64,000 bases of DNA from Pavona decussata (Eukaryota): assembly GCA_977016875.1 (NCBI GenBank), contig CDRNST010000205.1, forward strand, positions 62,001-126,000, in the 5' to 3' direction. Made by a program: the position numbers and the translations under genes. Below the pieces are notes generated by a model. The model ran no database searches and was not told where the DNA came from. It worked only from the letters and a program-made list of their open reading frames with translations. This document shows positions 1 through 11,700 of the stretch, in pieces (position 1 is the stretch's first letter; each line of letters begins with the position of its first letter).

Positions 1-547
1 TGCAAGATCATTTGTGGCCAAGGAGAGAATTCCTCAAACATGTAAATACTGTATAGGGTATTTTCCATGCAGGCAATATTGTGTTAACAGAGAAGTTGTT
101 GAACTAAAACAAGGCCCTTCCTGGGAAATCTTAAAACGAAATGTATTAAAATGTTAATTGGCAAATCTTATACTGGACACTTGGAGTTTATTTGGCATCA
201 GCTAGGTCATCTGTGGCAAATTATCTTCAGATCATTGAAACATTGAATTCCAGTCTTCAGAGTCTTCAGCAGATCTAGCCTTACAAGTATTTGTAAATGA
301 TCAATATGAACACTGAGTGTGTCTTGTAATATTCAGAGCTCTCTCGGAACAGCTCAGAATGCTCCATGCATCAGCTAGCTGTTAGTGATTTGTAGATTAT
401 TTAATAAAATTAATGCATTTGAAGAGTTCTCAATGAAAATCGAATCTTACGTGGCTTGTGCTTTTCAATGATTCGTGTTTTTTTCGCTGGTGGATCCACA
501 GCTTCTTTCTCTCAAAGAGAACAGCTTTTTTACTGTGATTGTAATAC

Positions 548-930
548 AGGGTTCGTGCTACTCCTTGAAGTCCTCGAAAAGCTCTGAAATTTAACTTTAG
601 ATTTCAAGGGTGCTTGAAAAGCCCTTGAAAAGAAGATTTTTTTCTGAAAGTGCTTGAAAATGATGAAAGCTCCTTGAATTTTTGTTCGGATGGGAAATAA
701 TGTAGGATTATATCAAAGTAATTCAGGGATTGAGCACAATTTTCAAAATCAGGGACAGATTATATCCGGGGGAGCTTTTTTTAAAGTTAATTGCTTTTGA
801 CCAATGAAAACGTTTCGAAATAAACATAGTGCAAAACAAAGTAAAATTGCCTTGAATACTCCTTGAAAACTCAGTTTTTAGTGCTTGAAAGCTCATTGAA
901 TCTTATGTCCAAAAACCAGCATGGACTATG
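548..930. mobile_element. Degenerate non-autonomous DNA transposon (CAGGG terminus, hAT-like)
   Basis: Starts CAGGGTTCGT and has repeated (gtg/cc)cttgaaaa subterminal motifs at both ends. The right terminus is eroded. Confidence 0.4.
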
Positions 931-963
931 GTAATAATTACAAGGTTTTGCACTTGTCATTAG

Positions 964-1250
964 GTGCTCCCAACACCGTAGCTGATGGACTGAGAATCGG
1001 TCTTGGCAAAAGAACTTGGCCAATCATACGAGACAATGTGACTGATGTCATAACAGTGACGGAAGAAGAAATCATATCTGCAATGAGGCTGGTCTGGGAA
1101 CGAATGAAGCTCATGATTGAATCCTCTGCTGCAGTGGGTGTGGCTGCGGTATTGTCAGAGAAATTCAAAGCACTTCCAGCACAAGATCTAAAGAACGTTG
1201 GTGTTATATTTTGTGGTGGGAATGTTGACCTTGATAACCTGCCATGGTAA
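964..1250 (+). CDS. SRR: Terminal coding exon of an upstream serine racemase-family paralog (rest of gene lies 5' of the window)
   Basis: Acceptor AG at 962-963, phase 1, the same position as exon 5 of the downstream paralog. Encodes (G)APNTVADGLRIGLGKRTWPIIRDNVTDVITVTEEEIISAMRLVWERMKLMIESSAAVGVAAV...VIFCGGNVDLDNLPW*, a fold-type II PLP enzyme C-terminus. The ORF-track start at 921 is intronic. Confidence 0.88.
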
Positions 1251-1745
1251 AAATAGCAATAGTTGTAATGTTGACCTTGACAACCTGCCATGGAAAAAAT
1301 AGCAATAGCTGTAATGTTAATATTTAATATTCAACTGACAAAGTTATATAATAACAATAAATTATTATTATTTGTAGAACAGTTTTTAGGAACTGGTCAG
1401 AAATTAGTAGGGAAGGGGGGGGGGGGGGGGGAGGGTGGAGATTTTAAATTGAGCGATGAAAATTATGTGACCCTCCCTAGTGAGCTTTTATATATTGAAG
1501 GCCAAGACGGGTAAATTGGAGGCTAACTATACGTTAGTAATTGAAACCATTGCACCCCAACATGATTCACACCATAGTATAGAGCCCTTTTTGCTCCTTA
1601 GAACTCTATTCCGAAGGAATAAGTGGTGTATCAAAGAAACAGTTGCCATACATCGGTTTTGCCTTTGACAAGGGACTGTTTAAGTTATAAGCTATTGTGG
1701 TGTGCTTTTGAATATTGTATAGAAAAGGTGCAATATAAGTAATAA

Positions 1746-1746
<1 letters not shown>

Positions 1747-1798
<52 letters not shown>

Positions 1799-1883
1799 TA
1801 CTGTTTACCAAGGCAGTATAGTACTATGAAGCAGCACAAGAGCGCTATCAATCAATATCTACCCTTTACCGTGAATGAGAATG

Positions 1884-1930
<47 letters not shown>
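1747..1930. repeat. (TTA)n and (GAT)n microsatellites
   Basis: (TTA)n at 1747-1797 and (GAT)n at 1884-1930. Other tracts: (CATA)n 19671-19750; (TTA/TAA)n near 23243, 24596, 38703, 39108 and 61364. Confidence 0.95.
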
Positions 1931-1931
<1 letters not shown>

Positions 1932-2322
1932 CAAAATGATGTTGGTGATGATGCCAATAGCAAACTTGTCGATGGTGATGCTGAGGATAGTGACGAAAAT
2001 GATAGTTTAACTAAGTATTAACAACAAAAATTGTTCTGAGACATTTGGCAATTGATGTTTTGTTTGATATTGCTTATTTTTCCTTGACTCTCCCTTTTCA
2101 GGGGATCAAAATGTTATTACCGTCCCCCATTCCCCCGTCCTCCCCCACCCCCTGCTAATTTCTGACAAAAGTCCGCCAGGTGTCTGATATAGTTGTATAT
2201 TAATTTACGTGATGCTGGTAGTTCGTATTTAAGCGATTATATTGTTTGAAAAAGGGCTATCAGTAAAATTGAATAAAGTATGGATTTTATAGAAGAAGTT
2301 TGTGTGGGAAAATGTTTGGTTT

Positions 2323-3312
2323 CTATGCCATTGTTGGTGAGCCTCCGTAATTTAAAAGCCAAGTCAAATCATACAACGTTCCAACAATCATGATTTCGTA
2401 TTGAACAGAAAAAAGGGGACCACAGGAAGCAAAGAAAAAAAGTCTTCGCGGCCAGACGGGAACAACTCGTGAGTAGTTATGGCGGTAATTGGGGCAATGT
2501 GAATGTAAAGGGTACAACTGTATTACATGCCCAGCTAGCACTAAGGACACAAATGTTGGATCAAGGAGCCGCATGATTAAGATTCCTACTAAATCGAGCG
2601 GGCCAAACTTTAACACTTTAGCATGCACTGCAGAGTTAATTCCCTTAACCTCCTTCATTTGTGCTAGAGGCACAACATTCATTGTACCTTTCTTCAATCT
2701 TGTCAGAAACAGCTGGCGCTTTGAATCAAGATTTCTGCCCCACCCCCAACTCTCCCCCGGGACCTCCCCCTTCCCGACCTCCGAGCAGCTCTCCGCGCAA
2801 TGAAGCGTCGACATTTCAAAAATCTCCAGCCACACTGTCCCAAAGACTTGGCAAGTTGTTCCTCGTGTCCTTTTTCTAAGTTCGAATTCAATTCTTTTCC
2901 GTTGGCTCGACTTTTTCAAAATGCTACGCGCTGAATCCTCCAGAGATTGAGCCCACGGTATCAGTGGGTATTCAACATCAACACACAAACCTCATATACG
3001 GTGAACAAATCATGTTACTTGCTTCTCGAAGTTCTCGACAACTTGCTGGAAATTTGCGCTCACGGAAGGTGGTATTACAGGTTTTATGCAGGTAGCAATC
3101 ATTTTTTTTCTGTAGACTTGGAGATAGATCCGACAGTATTGCTTTGCCAGTTTAAAAGCATCCCAAAGTCATTTGTCATTCGTAGCACAAGCGAGGCAAG
3201 ATCCAACTTTTATTTTCCGACTGTTTTTCTTCTTTTTATGTCTTCTGGTTGTTATACTCGTTTACATAATGGTGTGCTAGTAGTGAACAGAAAGGTTAAC
3301 TAGTGCTGTCAT
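2323..3312 (-). pseudogene. Decayed intronless reading frame of unknown identity (330 codons)
   Basis: A 221-codon open stretch extends in frame to an ATG at 3312 through 5 stops (TAG, TAA, 3x TGA), each one C>T change from a sense codon. No domain recognised. Confidence 0.4.
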
Positions 3313-4733
3313 GTCCGGCCGGTTTGCAACATTTTTCATTGATCGCTTGATCAAGAGCCTGTCCACAGGACACCCAAGATAACACAATGCTTTCATAATA
3401 ACCCTTTAACATAACACAGACTAGGGATTCTAATGGGATGCCAAATCCAGGGGTTTATATGGCACAGGTTATCATGTTTTTATTTTCTTTATATGTGGGC
3501 TGTAGGATTTTTAGAATGTAAGCCTTTGTAAGGTGAATATTCCCCAATGCTTAGCACATTTTAGTATGCATATTTCCTAGGCTTATTTCCATTTCCTTCC
3601 TCAAATTTCTTATTTCCTAGTAGAACATAAATCTGAAACCAAGGCCTTCCCTCTGGTTCTGTTTTTTTTTTTGCTGTCTTCAGAGCCTACATCTTTGCCA
3701 AATTATCAAGAATGTCATCACCTTGGACTGGGTGATCCCTCTTCCTATCTGCCCAGACCTGGGTCCCTTTCAAGGGCTCTTTTGGCAATGGTTCCCTCTG
3801 GCTTTCTTAAAGTGTGCCCCCACCCACCTCAGACCTGCAATGCCCTGCACTTTAAATCTATCTCCAGAGCATTCTGGTCTGTCTGCCTGTCTGTTAGTCT
3901 GTCTAGAGTAGTACTGTCTAGACTGGTTAGAGAAGAAAGTCTTAAGCTGTGTCTTTTGTGATAGAGGCTGGTCTCGACATATCTAGTAAATGCCTACTTT
4001 GCCTTCCCCATGCAACTTTTTGTAAAAAACATCTTCATCTACCCTACCTGGGGTCAATTCAATAAAACTTTTATGCCTGTAGTTTACCAGCTGGGCAGTT
4101 AGTTTGACAAGCCTACAGGAAAACTAACCCAATGATTAGTTCAAAAACAAGTTCAAAACTCATTGGTAAAGACTTCTAACTAACAATGTAAAGTGGACTC
4201 ATGTTGTGCATGAGCGTGCAACAACAAGGGTCCAGATTGTAAGTTACAAGTGTAAACATTTTATTAAATTGGCTCCTGCATTACTAATAACACTCCCCAA
4301 GAACTGAACATTCCACCTCTTCCAACACCTCCTGACTAACTGTCAGTCCCCCTTCTTGTACAGTAATTACTTAAATCAACTTTTTGCCTAATTTTCCTCT
4401 CAGTCTCGATTGAAATTAAATGACATCCAGCACCATGAAAGTAGCTGATGTTCTTCGTTATCCTTGTCATACAGGCTCTGTTTGCTTTTTTGGGGGGGCT
4501 GGGGGTGGGGGAAGGAGGCAAGTTTTGGAATGCATTCATTATTTCTGCCTAGAAAACAGCCACCAACCCCACCCCGCCCCCACCCCCTAAAAAAGTACTG
4601 ACGGATAGACCTGCATCCGAGTCTTTAAGAATTTCCAGTGATCTTCCATGATCAGGTTGACATGGATATTTTCTGGAACCTGCACTTGATGTGATTAAGC
4701 TTATAATGTGCTATATTACTGATATTTAACAGA

Positions 4734-7700
4734 ATGGCTTCAGCTTCCAGCAGTGATGTTAAAATTACCATTCAGGATGTCAAAGAGGCAGCCAAAAGAA
4801 TTGAACCTTACATACATCAAACACCTGTAATGAGGAGCTCATCTCTTGATAGTATGGCCGGAAGAGCACTGCACTTCAAATGTGAGCTTTTCCAAAAAAT
4901 TGGAGCTTTTAAGGTGAGGAGTGAGAGTTTATAGAAATTCTTACTTTAGCTTGTGCCTCTATAATTTTATTTGAGAGGCTGGGGTATCAGATCATGTTTC
5001 ACAGAAAAAAACTGCCCTTTAATCCAAAATAAACCCCAATTCACATAAGAGCTCAAGTACTGTTATTCATTGTTGCTTCAAAATTAGTCAAGGCATGACA
5101 AAGCTCCTAGCCTCAGCAGTTACAAGGTTGAACCCTGGGCAAGGGGGTTGGGGGTTAATTACCCCTGTATAAGCTATGTAGGTATGTGCAACATCAAAGG
5201 CTATGGTTTTGGACGATTTTGGTCAGAAATAGGACATCGATTTTAACCACTTTGGTCTGAAAGTGCAAAAATGGGTATGTATTTACAGAATGGGTATGGA
5301 TTCTAGAAACCAGGTCTGGAAATGGGTATGAATTTTAGAGGCCTGGGATGAAAAAGCTACTACTGAAAAATTACATATTTTCGTCTGACACACACCCCCA
5401 CCAAAATTCCATGGAGCACCCCCCCCCCCCCTCCCTTCTGTAGTAATTTAATATTCAATATATATATAAAGTTGTTGATTTTGATTTGATTGTTATTGAT
5501 AGACACCATCATTCATATGCAAAGGGGTTCAGTCTACTGTCTCTTAAAAAGTTTTTTCTCTTAGATTAGGGGAGCAATGAATGCTGTTCTTCAGTTGCTG
5601 GATTCATTGCCTGCAGATCAGAAACCTGTTCTTGTCACACACAGCAGTGGAAACCATGCTCAAGCTCTTGCACTCTCAGCCAAAACTATGGGACTTCAAG
5701 CTTACATTGCCATGCCAAGAAATGCTCCCCCAGTAAAGAAGGCTGCCGTACGAGATTATGGAGCCACAATTGTCGAGTGTGGTATATCAGGAGAGGTGCT
5801 TACAGTGCGACTACTATTACTGGGGTCACTTAAAACTGGCCAATCAGATCTCATTATGATAGGAACAGTGAATAATTCCAAAATTCTAGGGTTTTAACTG
5901 TTGTTTTCCATCTACTCGTGATTGGTTCAATCAGCTTTCATGGAAATTCATTGTTCCTGTCCTGCAATCTGGTTGGCCAGTTTTGTTTAAGTGACCCCGG
6001 TAACAGTAGTCGCACTATAATATTTGTTAGTTTATGGGTAAGAATAAAGACATTTCCAATAGAGTATGAAAGTGTGATGTCATGGGATTTGATTATGTAT
6101 TTGGAAAGTGCATCATCAAAAATGTCTGCTAATATTGTTTAAATAAAAAGAAAACCTGCTCGTCAAAAATTTAAGCTCCCTGCTGAGATATCTCCACACG
6201 AATCTCTCTACTTTTGCATTAGTTCCTTTAGTTGGCAACTGGTGCAAAGTCAGAGATTTGAATGGAGACAGTGCCTTAATCTCACCCACAAATTGTAAAG
6301 ATGCTCTTTACAAGTGCCTATAATATCCTTTTATAATAGTAATAAATTATTAAGGAAATGGAAAAGAAGATGGCACTTTGGTAGTGAAGTGAGAATCTTT
6401 ATCTGGGAGTACAGTTGCAGGGCTAATCTACCCTGTGAGTAGACTTCCCTTTAATCTTCTTAGAAATCCCTTCCTCTTCTCAATTTTTCTAGGAAGATCT
6501 AGAAAGGGAAGGGAGAATCTTGCTCTGGTAAGAAATTTCAGACCAGTATCATGTCAACAAATTCAGAGACACCAGTAATAATACAAGTAATAGCTGCAGA
6601 ACCATGTAAACACCACCTCACAGGATTTATTTGCCAGGTTCTCAACTTTTTCAGCAACTAAGAATATTTCTACCCCCCCCCCCCCCCCCAACAAGAACAT
6701 CATAGAAGAGGATACCATTTGGAGGTGTAACTATGCATATATTCATCACCTCTAAAATTTACTCTTTCATTGCAGGAAAGAGAGGCAACTGCAAGGAAAA
6801 TCATAAAAGAGATGGATAATTCAGTTCTTATTCCACCATTTGATCACCCTCACATCATGGCCGGCCAGGGAACCGTTGGGCTTGAATTTCTCAAGCAGGT
6901 TTGTTAGTTTTCCTCTGTCAACTTGACATAATTTATTTGGTTTCCTCGCATCCCTATGGGAAGTTCCTCTCGAAACACTATCATGCCATCTGCAGATGGA
7001 ACTAGCAAAAGGAACCCCTCCACTGTCTGGACCACTTGCACTGAACTAGTAATCTCATCAAGTTGTCTTCTCCATTCCGCCATCCTTCAACAATTGCTAC
7101 ACAAGGATGGCCTCTAGAAACAGTGTGCAATACAAAGTGTCTGTATCTATGGACGTCTTTAAGACTAAACATATTTAACGTTGTTGACATTTGACTGCAG
7201 GTCCCAAACTTGGATGCAGTTGTTGTCCCTGTTAGCGGTGGTGGAATGCTCAGTGGAATTTGTATCCCAGCCAAAGCACTGAAACCTGATATAAAAATTT
7301 ATGCTGCTGAGCCTCTGAATGCAGATGATTGTGCAAAGTCATTTGCTGCCAAGAAAAGGACTCCTTTACCAGGTGACTACAGGGTTTATTATAGAAATTG
7401 TTTTTCTAAGGCAGAGTATGCCTCCTTCAGAGTTTTAAGCAGGTCTTTTTTTTTTTCACAAAAAGAGTCCAGGAGATTTCTAATAAAGCAAAAAAAATTA
7501 ACGATAAATTAGTGGCAGGGCTGTTATTAAGGCCGTCACATTTGAAGCACTTTTGCAAATGTTATGTGTATGCTCAATATTTTTTTATTTGAGGTTAATG
7601 TTATCCCACAATACTGCACCCTAGAATACACCCTGTGATTGTTTGGCAAAGAATAATATTGTCTAATTTGCCACGGGAGAATCAGTTTCTTAATCCTCCA

Positions 7701-8106
7701 ACTGAAGGTGCTTATACTTAGAGGATTTGATACATTTACTGTCATGAATTTATGACAAAAAGGTTAAGAATTATTAAATTGAAAAGTCAATTTACTCTAT
7801 TTCCGCTCTACAGGGCCACCTGATACTATCGCTGATGGTTTAAGGACAAGCGTTGGCCACTTAACCTGGCCAATCATACGAGATAACGTGACTGATGTCA
7901 TTACTGTAACAGAAGAAGAAATCATATCTGCAATGAGGCTGGTCTGGGAACGAATGAAGCTGTTGATAGAGGCTTCGGCAGCGGTGGGTGTAGCAGCAGT
8001 ATTGTCTGAGAAATTCAAAGCTCTTCCAACACAAGATCTAAAGAATGTTGGTGTTATATTATGTGGTGGGAACGTTGACCTTGATAATCTGCCATGGAAA
8101 AAATAG
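4734..8106 (+). CDS. SRR: Serine racemase / serine dehydratase (PLP-dependent), 332 aa, 5 coding exons
   Basis: Exons 4734-4913, 5565-5795, 6776-6898, 7201-7372 and 7814-8106, all GT-AG, total 999 nt in frame. Motifs: PLP-lysine FKCELFQKIGAFKIRGA, THSSGNHAQA with the racemase serine, AGQGT, VSGGGML phosphate loop, CGGNVD. An acceptor just before the ATG (4731-4732) implies a 5'UTR exon. AATAAA near 8171. Confidence 0.93.
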
Positions 8107-8753
8107 TGAATTTTGTATATAAAGAGAACAGTCCTCAATTAACAATTATTCAATAAGCATGGTGTCAAAGAATAAACTGAAAAAAAAAGAATACATTTCA
8201 CAATGTAAAGTTTAGTTCTAGGTGCAAAACTGTTTTTCGACTCTGGGTTAGCATACAGCAGTGCATACACCTGTTATTTCCTTTGCTATTAGCTGGAGAC
8301 GTCTACATGCAGGCTATTTCCAGTTTGAGAACAGTTACTGTGCACTGAGATTCTCCTACCTCAAACTTCTACTTAACGACCTCGTCATCTCTTTTATTCA
8401 CTGAAGTATAATGCTGGTGCAATTTTGCACCCGTAAGAACGGATCTTGAATTGTATATTTTATCATGTTTTTATTTGTTTTATTTGTGTTTAGGAAAGTA
8501 GTGTCATTTTGACCAGTTTTCAAACATGTAGTTAGTTTTTTAATCGTAATTAGATTAAGAATGACAGGTGCGTTTAATAGAATATGCAATACTGTGAAAA
8601 TAGTTGTCTTAATAAAACAATGTCGCTGTCGTTTTGGGTGGATATCAGAATCCTCGGCCCAGTCGTTTGATGCCTACCTAGTCTTGCCGAGATTTGATTG
8701 TGTTAGTTACGACCCGACTATATAAACTTGCATTTCTCTCTTTCCTAAAACGT

Positions 8754-11700
8754 TTAATCTTCGTCACTATCGTCGTTCCGCACGGCGCCTTTCGTTGCAT
8801 CACGTGCGTGTTTCCGCGCGAGATATCTCTCTTTTGCCGACATGACAGTTTCGCCCGTGCTGCGTTTTGCAAACTTGCTAACAGTCTCTTCGTTCAATTT
8901 TTCTTTAGCGTCTTTACTTTCTCGCACAACCTCTGTACTGTTGTCTTCATTCTTTTTTGTTGCGTCTTTCTTTTCATGATCCCGCTCTCCGCGGTGATCA
9001 CGTTTCCTGTCTCTTTCTCTACGATCATCGTGACTTGTTCGGCTACGATCCGAGTGCCGATGATCGTCGTGGCTTGATCGATGTCTCTCAGAGGGACTTG
9101 AACGTCTACGATGTTCTGTATCCTCGTGGTCTCTTTCGCTTTGCCGTCTGCGTTCCTTGTTGGGAGAATGTGATGATCGTCTCCGTTGTTCCTCATCACC
9201 CTCGCTGTCTCTTCGTTTCCGACTGGTATGTTCGTGATGTCTCGGATGTCGAGGTGAACTCTTCGTGTGTCTTCGGTCTTCGTGTGTTTCCTCCTCGTTT
9301 CTTGAATGCCTTCTGTCGTCTTTAAGGTTTTCACGTTTTCCGTCGTCACGGGTTTCTTGAGCATCCTTCGATTTATTCTCTTTACTGTCCTCATCTTCTT
9401 TGTCTCTGTTTGTTTTTGCTGCATCGTCCGCGGTGAAAGATCCTCCCAGTGAAACGTTTTGATTTAAAAGATTCCGATAAAATAAACTCAAGTCCTTCTG
9501 TTTCGTCACGTCATTGGCAGCTGAAAAATACGCAAAAAGAACATTAATTTAAATGAAAAGGTTTATACATTTGCACTGCCCTAAACAGCATATTTTTCTT
9601 CAGTTTTCGAAAATCGATGTTCTTTTTACATTACTTCCCATCATGTACAGAAAAGACTATAACCTTCCGAATCTTTTTCTTTCGGGAAAAATGAACGTTA
9701 AAATCCGGCGTCCATCATCGTTCCCAGGCTGCGTAACTTATTAAACGTCACGTGACAATAGCCTACGTGACAGCCAAAGGGGAAGTCACGCACGGGCGAA
9801 GCGCGAGCTCGCGCGTCGCGCGCGCCCCGGGCCGATTCCCCTTCTCCTTTCTAGCGCCTGCCACGCAGACTATCGGACAATTGTTCTTTGTCAAAAGGTG
9901 TTGAAATCGATACAGAAGTTGGACATTGGCTAAGACTCGAGAAGACTTGGACCTCACGTAAAAATTGGCCTTCTTTCTTTTCACGGCACAATTCAACGCT
10001 AAGACATTCAATACCTAATATAAACTTTAAAACTTTTTTAAAAATTATTATTATAAATTTTTAAAACGTTTAGACGTTACTTCACGTCATTATCAAGTCA
10101 AAAGTAGGAATGGCAAGTGGAAATATACAGATAATAAAACAATAAATTTTTTAAAAGGTTTTCAAAAGTTGTAACGTTTTTCTTCTGTATTTAGGAACGT
10201 CTTAGCGTTGAATTTTGCCCAAAAATGCTATCAAAATCTCTTTTTTTTTTCTTTTGTTTAGAAACTTTTTCTAGTGTATCAACGTACGATGTGCTCAGTC
10301 TCCTTTGGAGCTTTGACATGATTCAACGGGTCGCCATGGTAAAACGCTGCGTAATAACCGGAGCGTGTTAGCCTGTTGCAGCCTCTCGGATAGTAAAACC
10401 AGCGAAACGCTAAAAATATGAAAGGAACGTGAAAATTAAACGCGCACGTTCAATTTTTGCGTTCGCTTTTAAATTCATTAACCTATCGCCGTAGCCTAGA
10501 TCAGGTACTGGTTCTTCATGTTCTTCTACAACAATTCCTAAAGTATCCCTTATTCCCCAAAATCCTCTCAGTACACATGTGAGTAAAATAACAACTGACC
10601 ATCAATGGCCTCTTGTCGTTTGAGTCTCTCTTCCTCCTCAGCTTGTTCTTGCATTTTCTTGCGGTATCTGGTGTACATTAGTTAAGGTGTCTTTAAATAA
10701 TCAAGCTTCAACTGAAACTTCCAGACAGTGTTATTTACCAGTGAATAGAACCACACGAAAGCGACAGAAATGAACACTCCGCCATCGGTATATAGAGCCA
10801 CCTGCCACACTTGGGCGGCAAACAAACTGGACCTCCCCCCTCCTCCTTCTGAATGGAATGCTAGTCATGCTAGTGCCACCCCTAAGCAAGTGCTGTCTTT
10901 GCTCTGACATTAACCTGCGATTATACCTTCCCTCCCTACCCCTAAAAAATAAAAGACGCCTAATCACTGGTTACTCTCACTGACAGGAATTTAAAGGGTC
11001 ACAGTATTAGTTTTACTAGAGGTGCCCCTCTTCTCTCTTCCTCCTATTTGAAATGTATTTTTCAACTGCGTGTTATTCTATGTTTTTTAATCCTCCAATT
11101 TTTGTATTTTGCGGTTATGTAACAGTAAGAGTAGAGAGTATAAATTTAAAAAAAAGTCAAAAAATTGTCACTGACATCTGCAAATGGTTAGACTTTCTAG
11201 TCTTCTCGGATAAGGACGAAAACCGGTAGGCCACTTTCACGGATCACCGTTGTGGGACTAAAAAGAACCACTAAGAACCTATGAATCTCTGGCACTGACC
11301 ACCACGAGGGGGCTTTTTCAAGTTCGTTCATTCGCTTTATCCTGTTTCGCAATGTTCAATTAAAAGGAGTGGGACTAACAAATGGACTGATAGCAGCAGC
11401 CATCGGCGCCTGTATAAGCTGATCTACGGTCCTATTTCCTAGAAAGAATGTAAAACGGACACGTCTGTTGCCCGTTCGTCCAGGATCATCATCATCACAA
11501 ACACCAGTTTGTGGTTCAATGTGTGTGGGATTTTTTAACATAACTGTAATCCTAATTTAAGGTCCGTTTGCTAGATTCACATTTGGGGAATGACAACTGT
11601 AATTATTAAATGAAGGATACGCTTCTGTAACGAAGGCTTCTTTATCATTAAATTCACCCTGCTCGTTCTCCCTTTCTTTCTGCACTTGCCGCTCTACAGT

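Noticed and set aside
938-9424. Antisense/alternative-frame ORFs over SRR and NSRP1 (938-1291, 7797-8138, 8694-9077, 8894-9424, 8957-9325)
   Set aside because: These are shadows of real coding exons.
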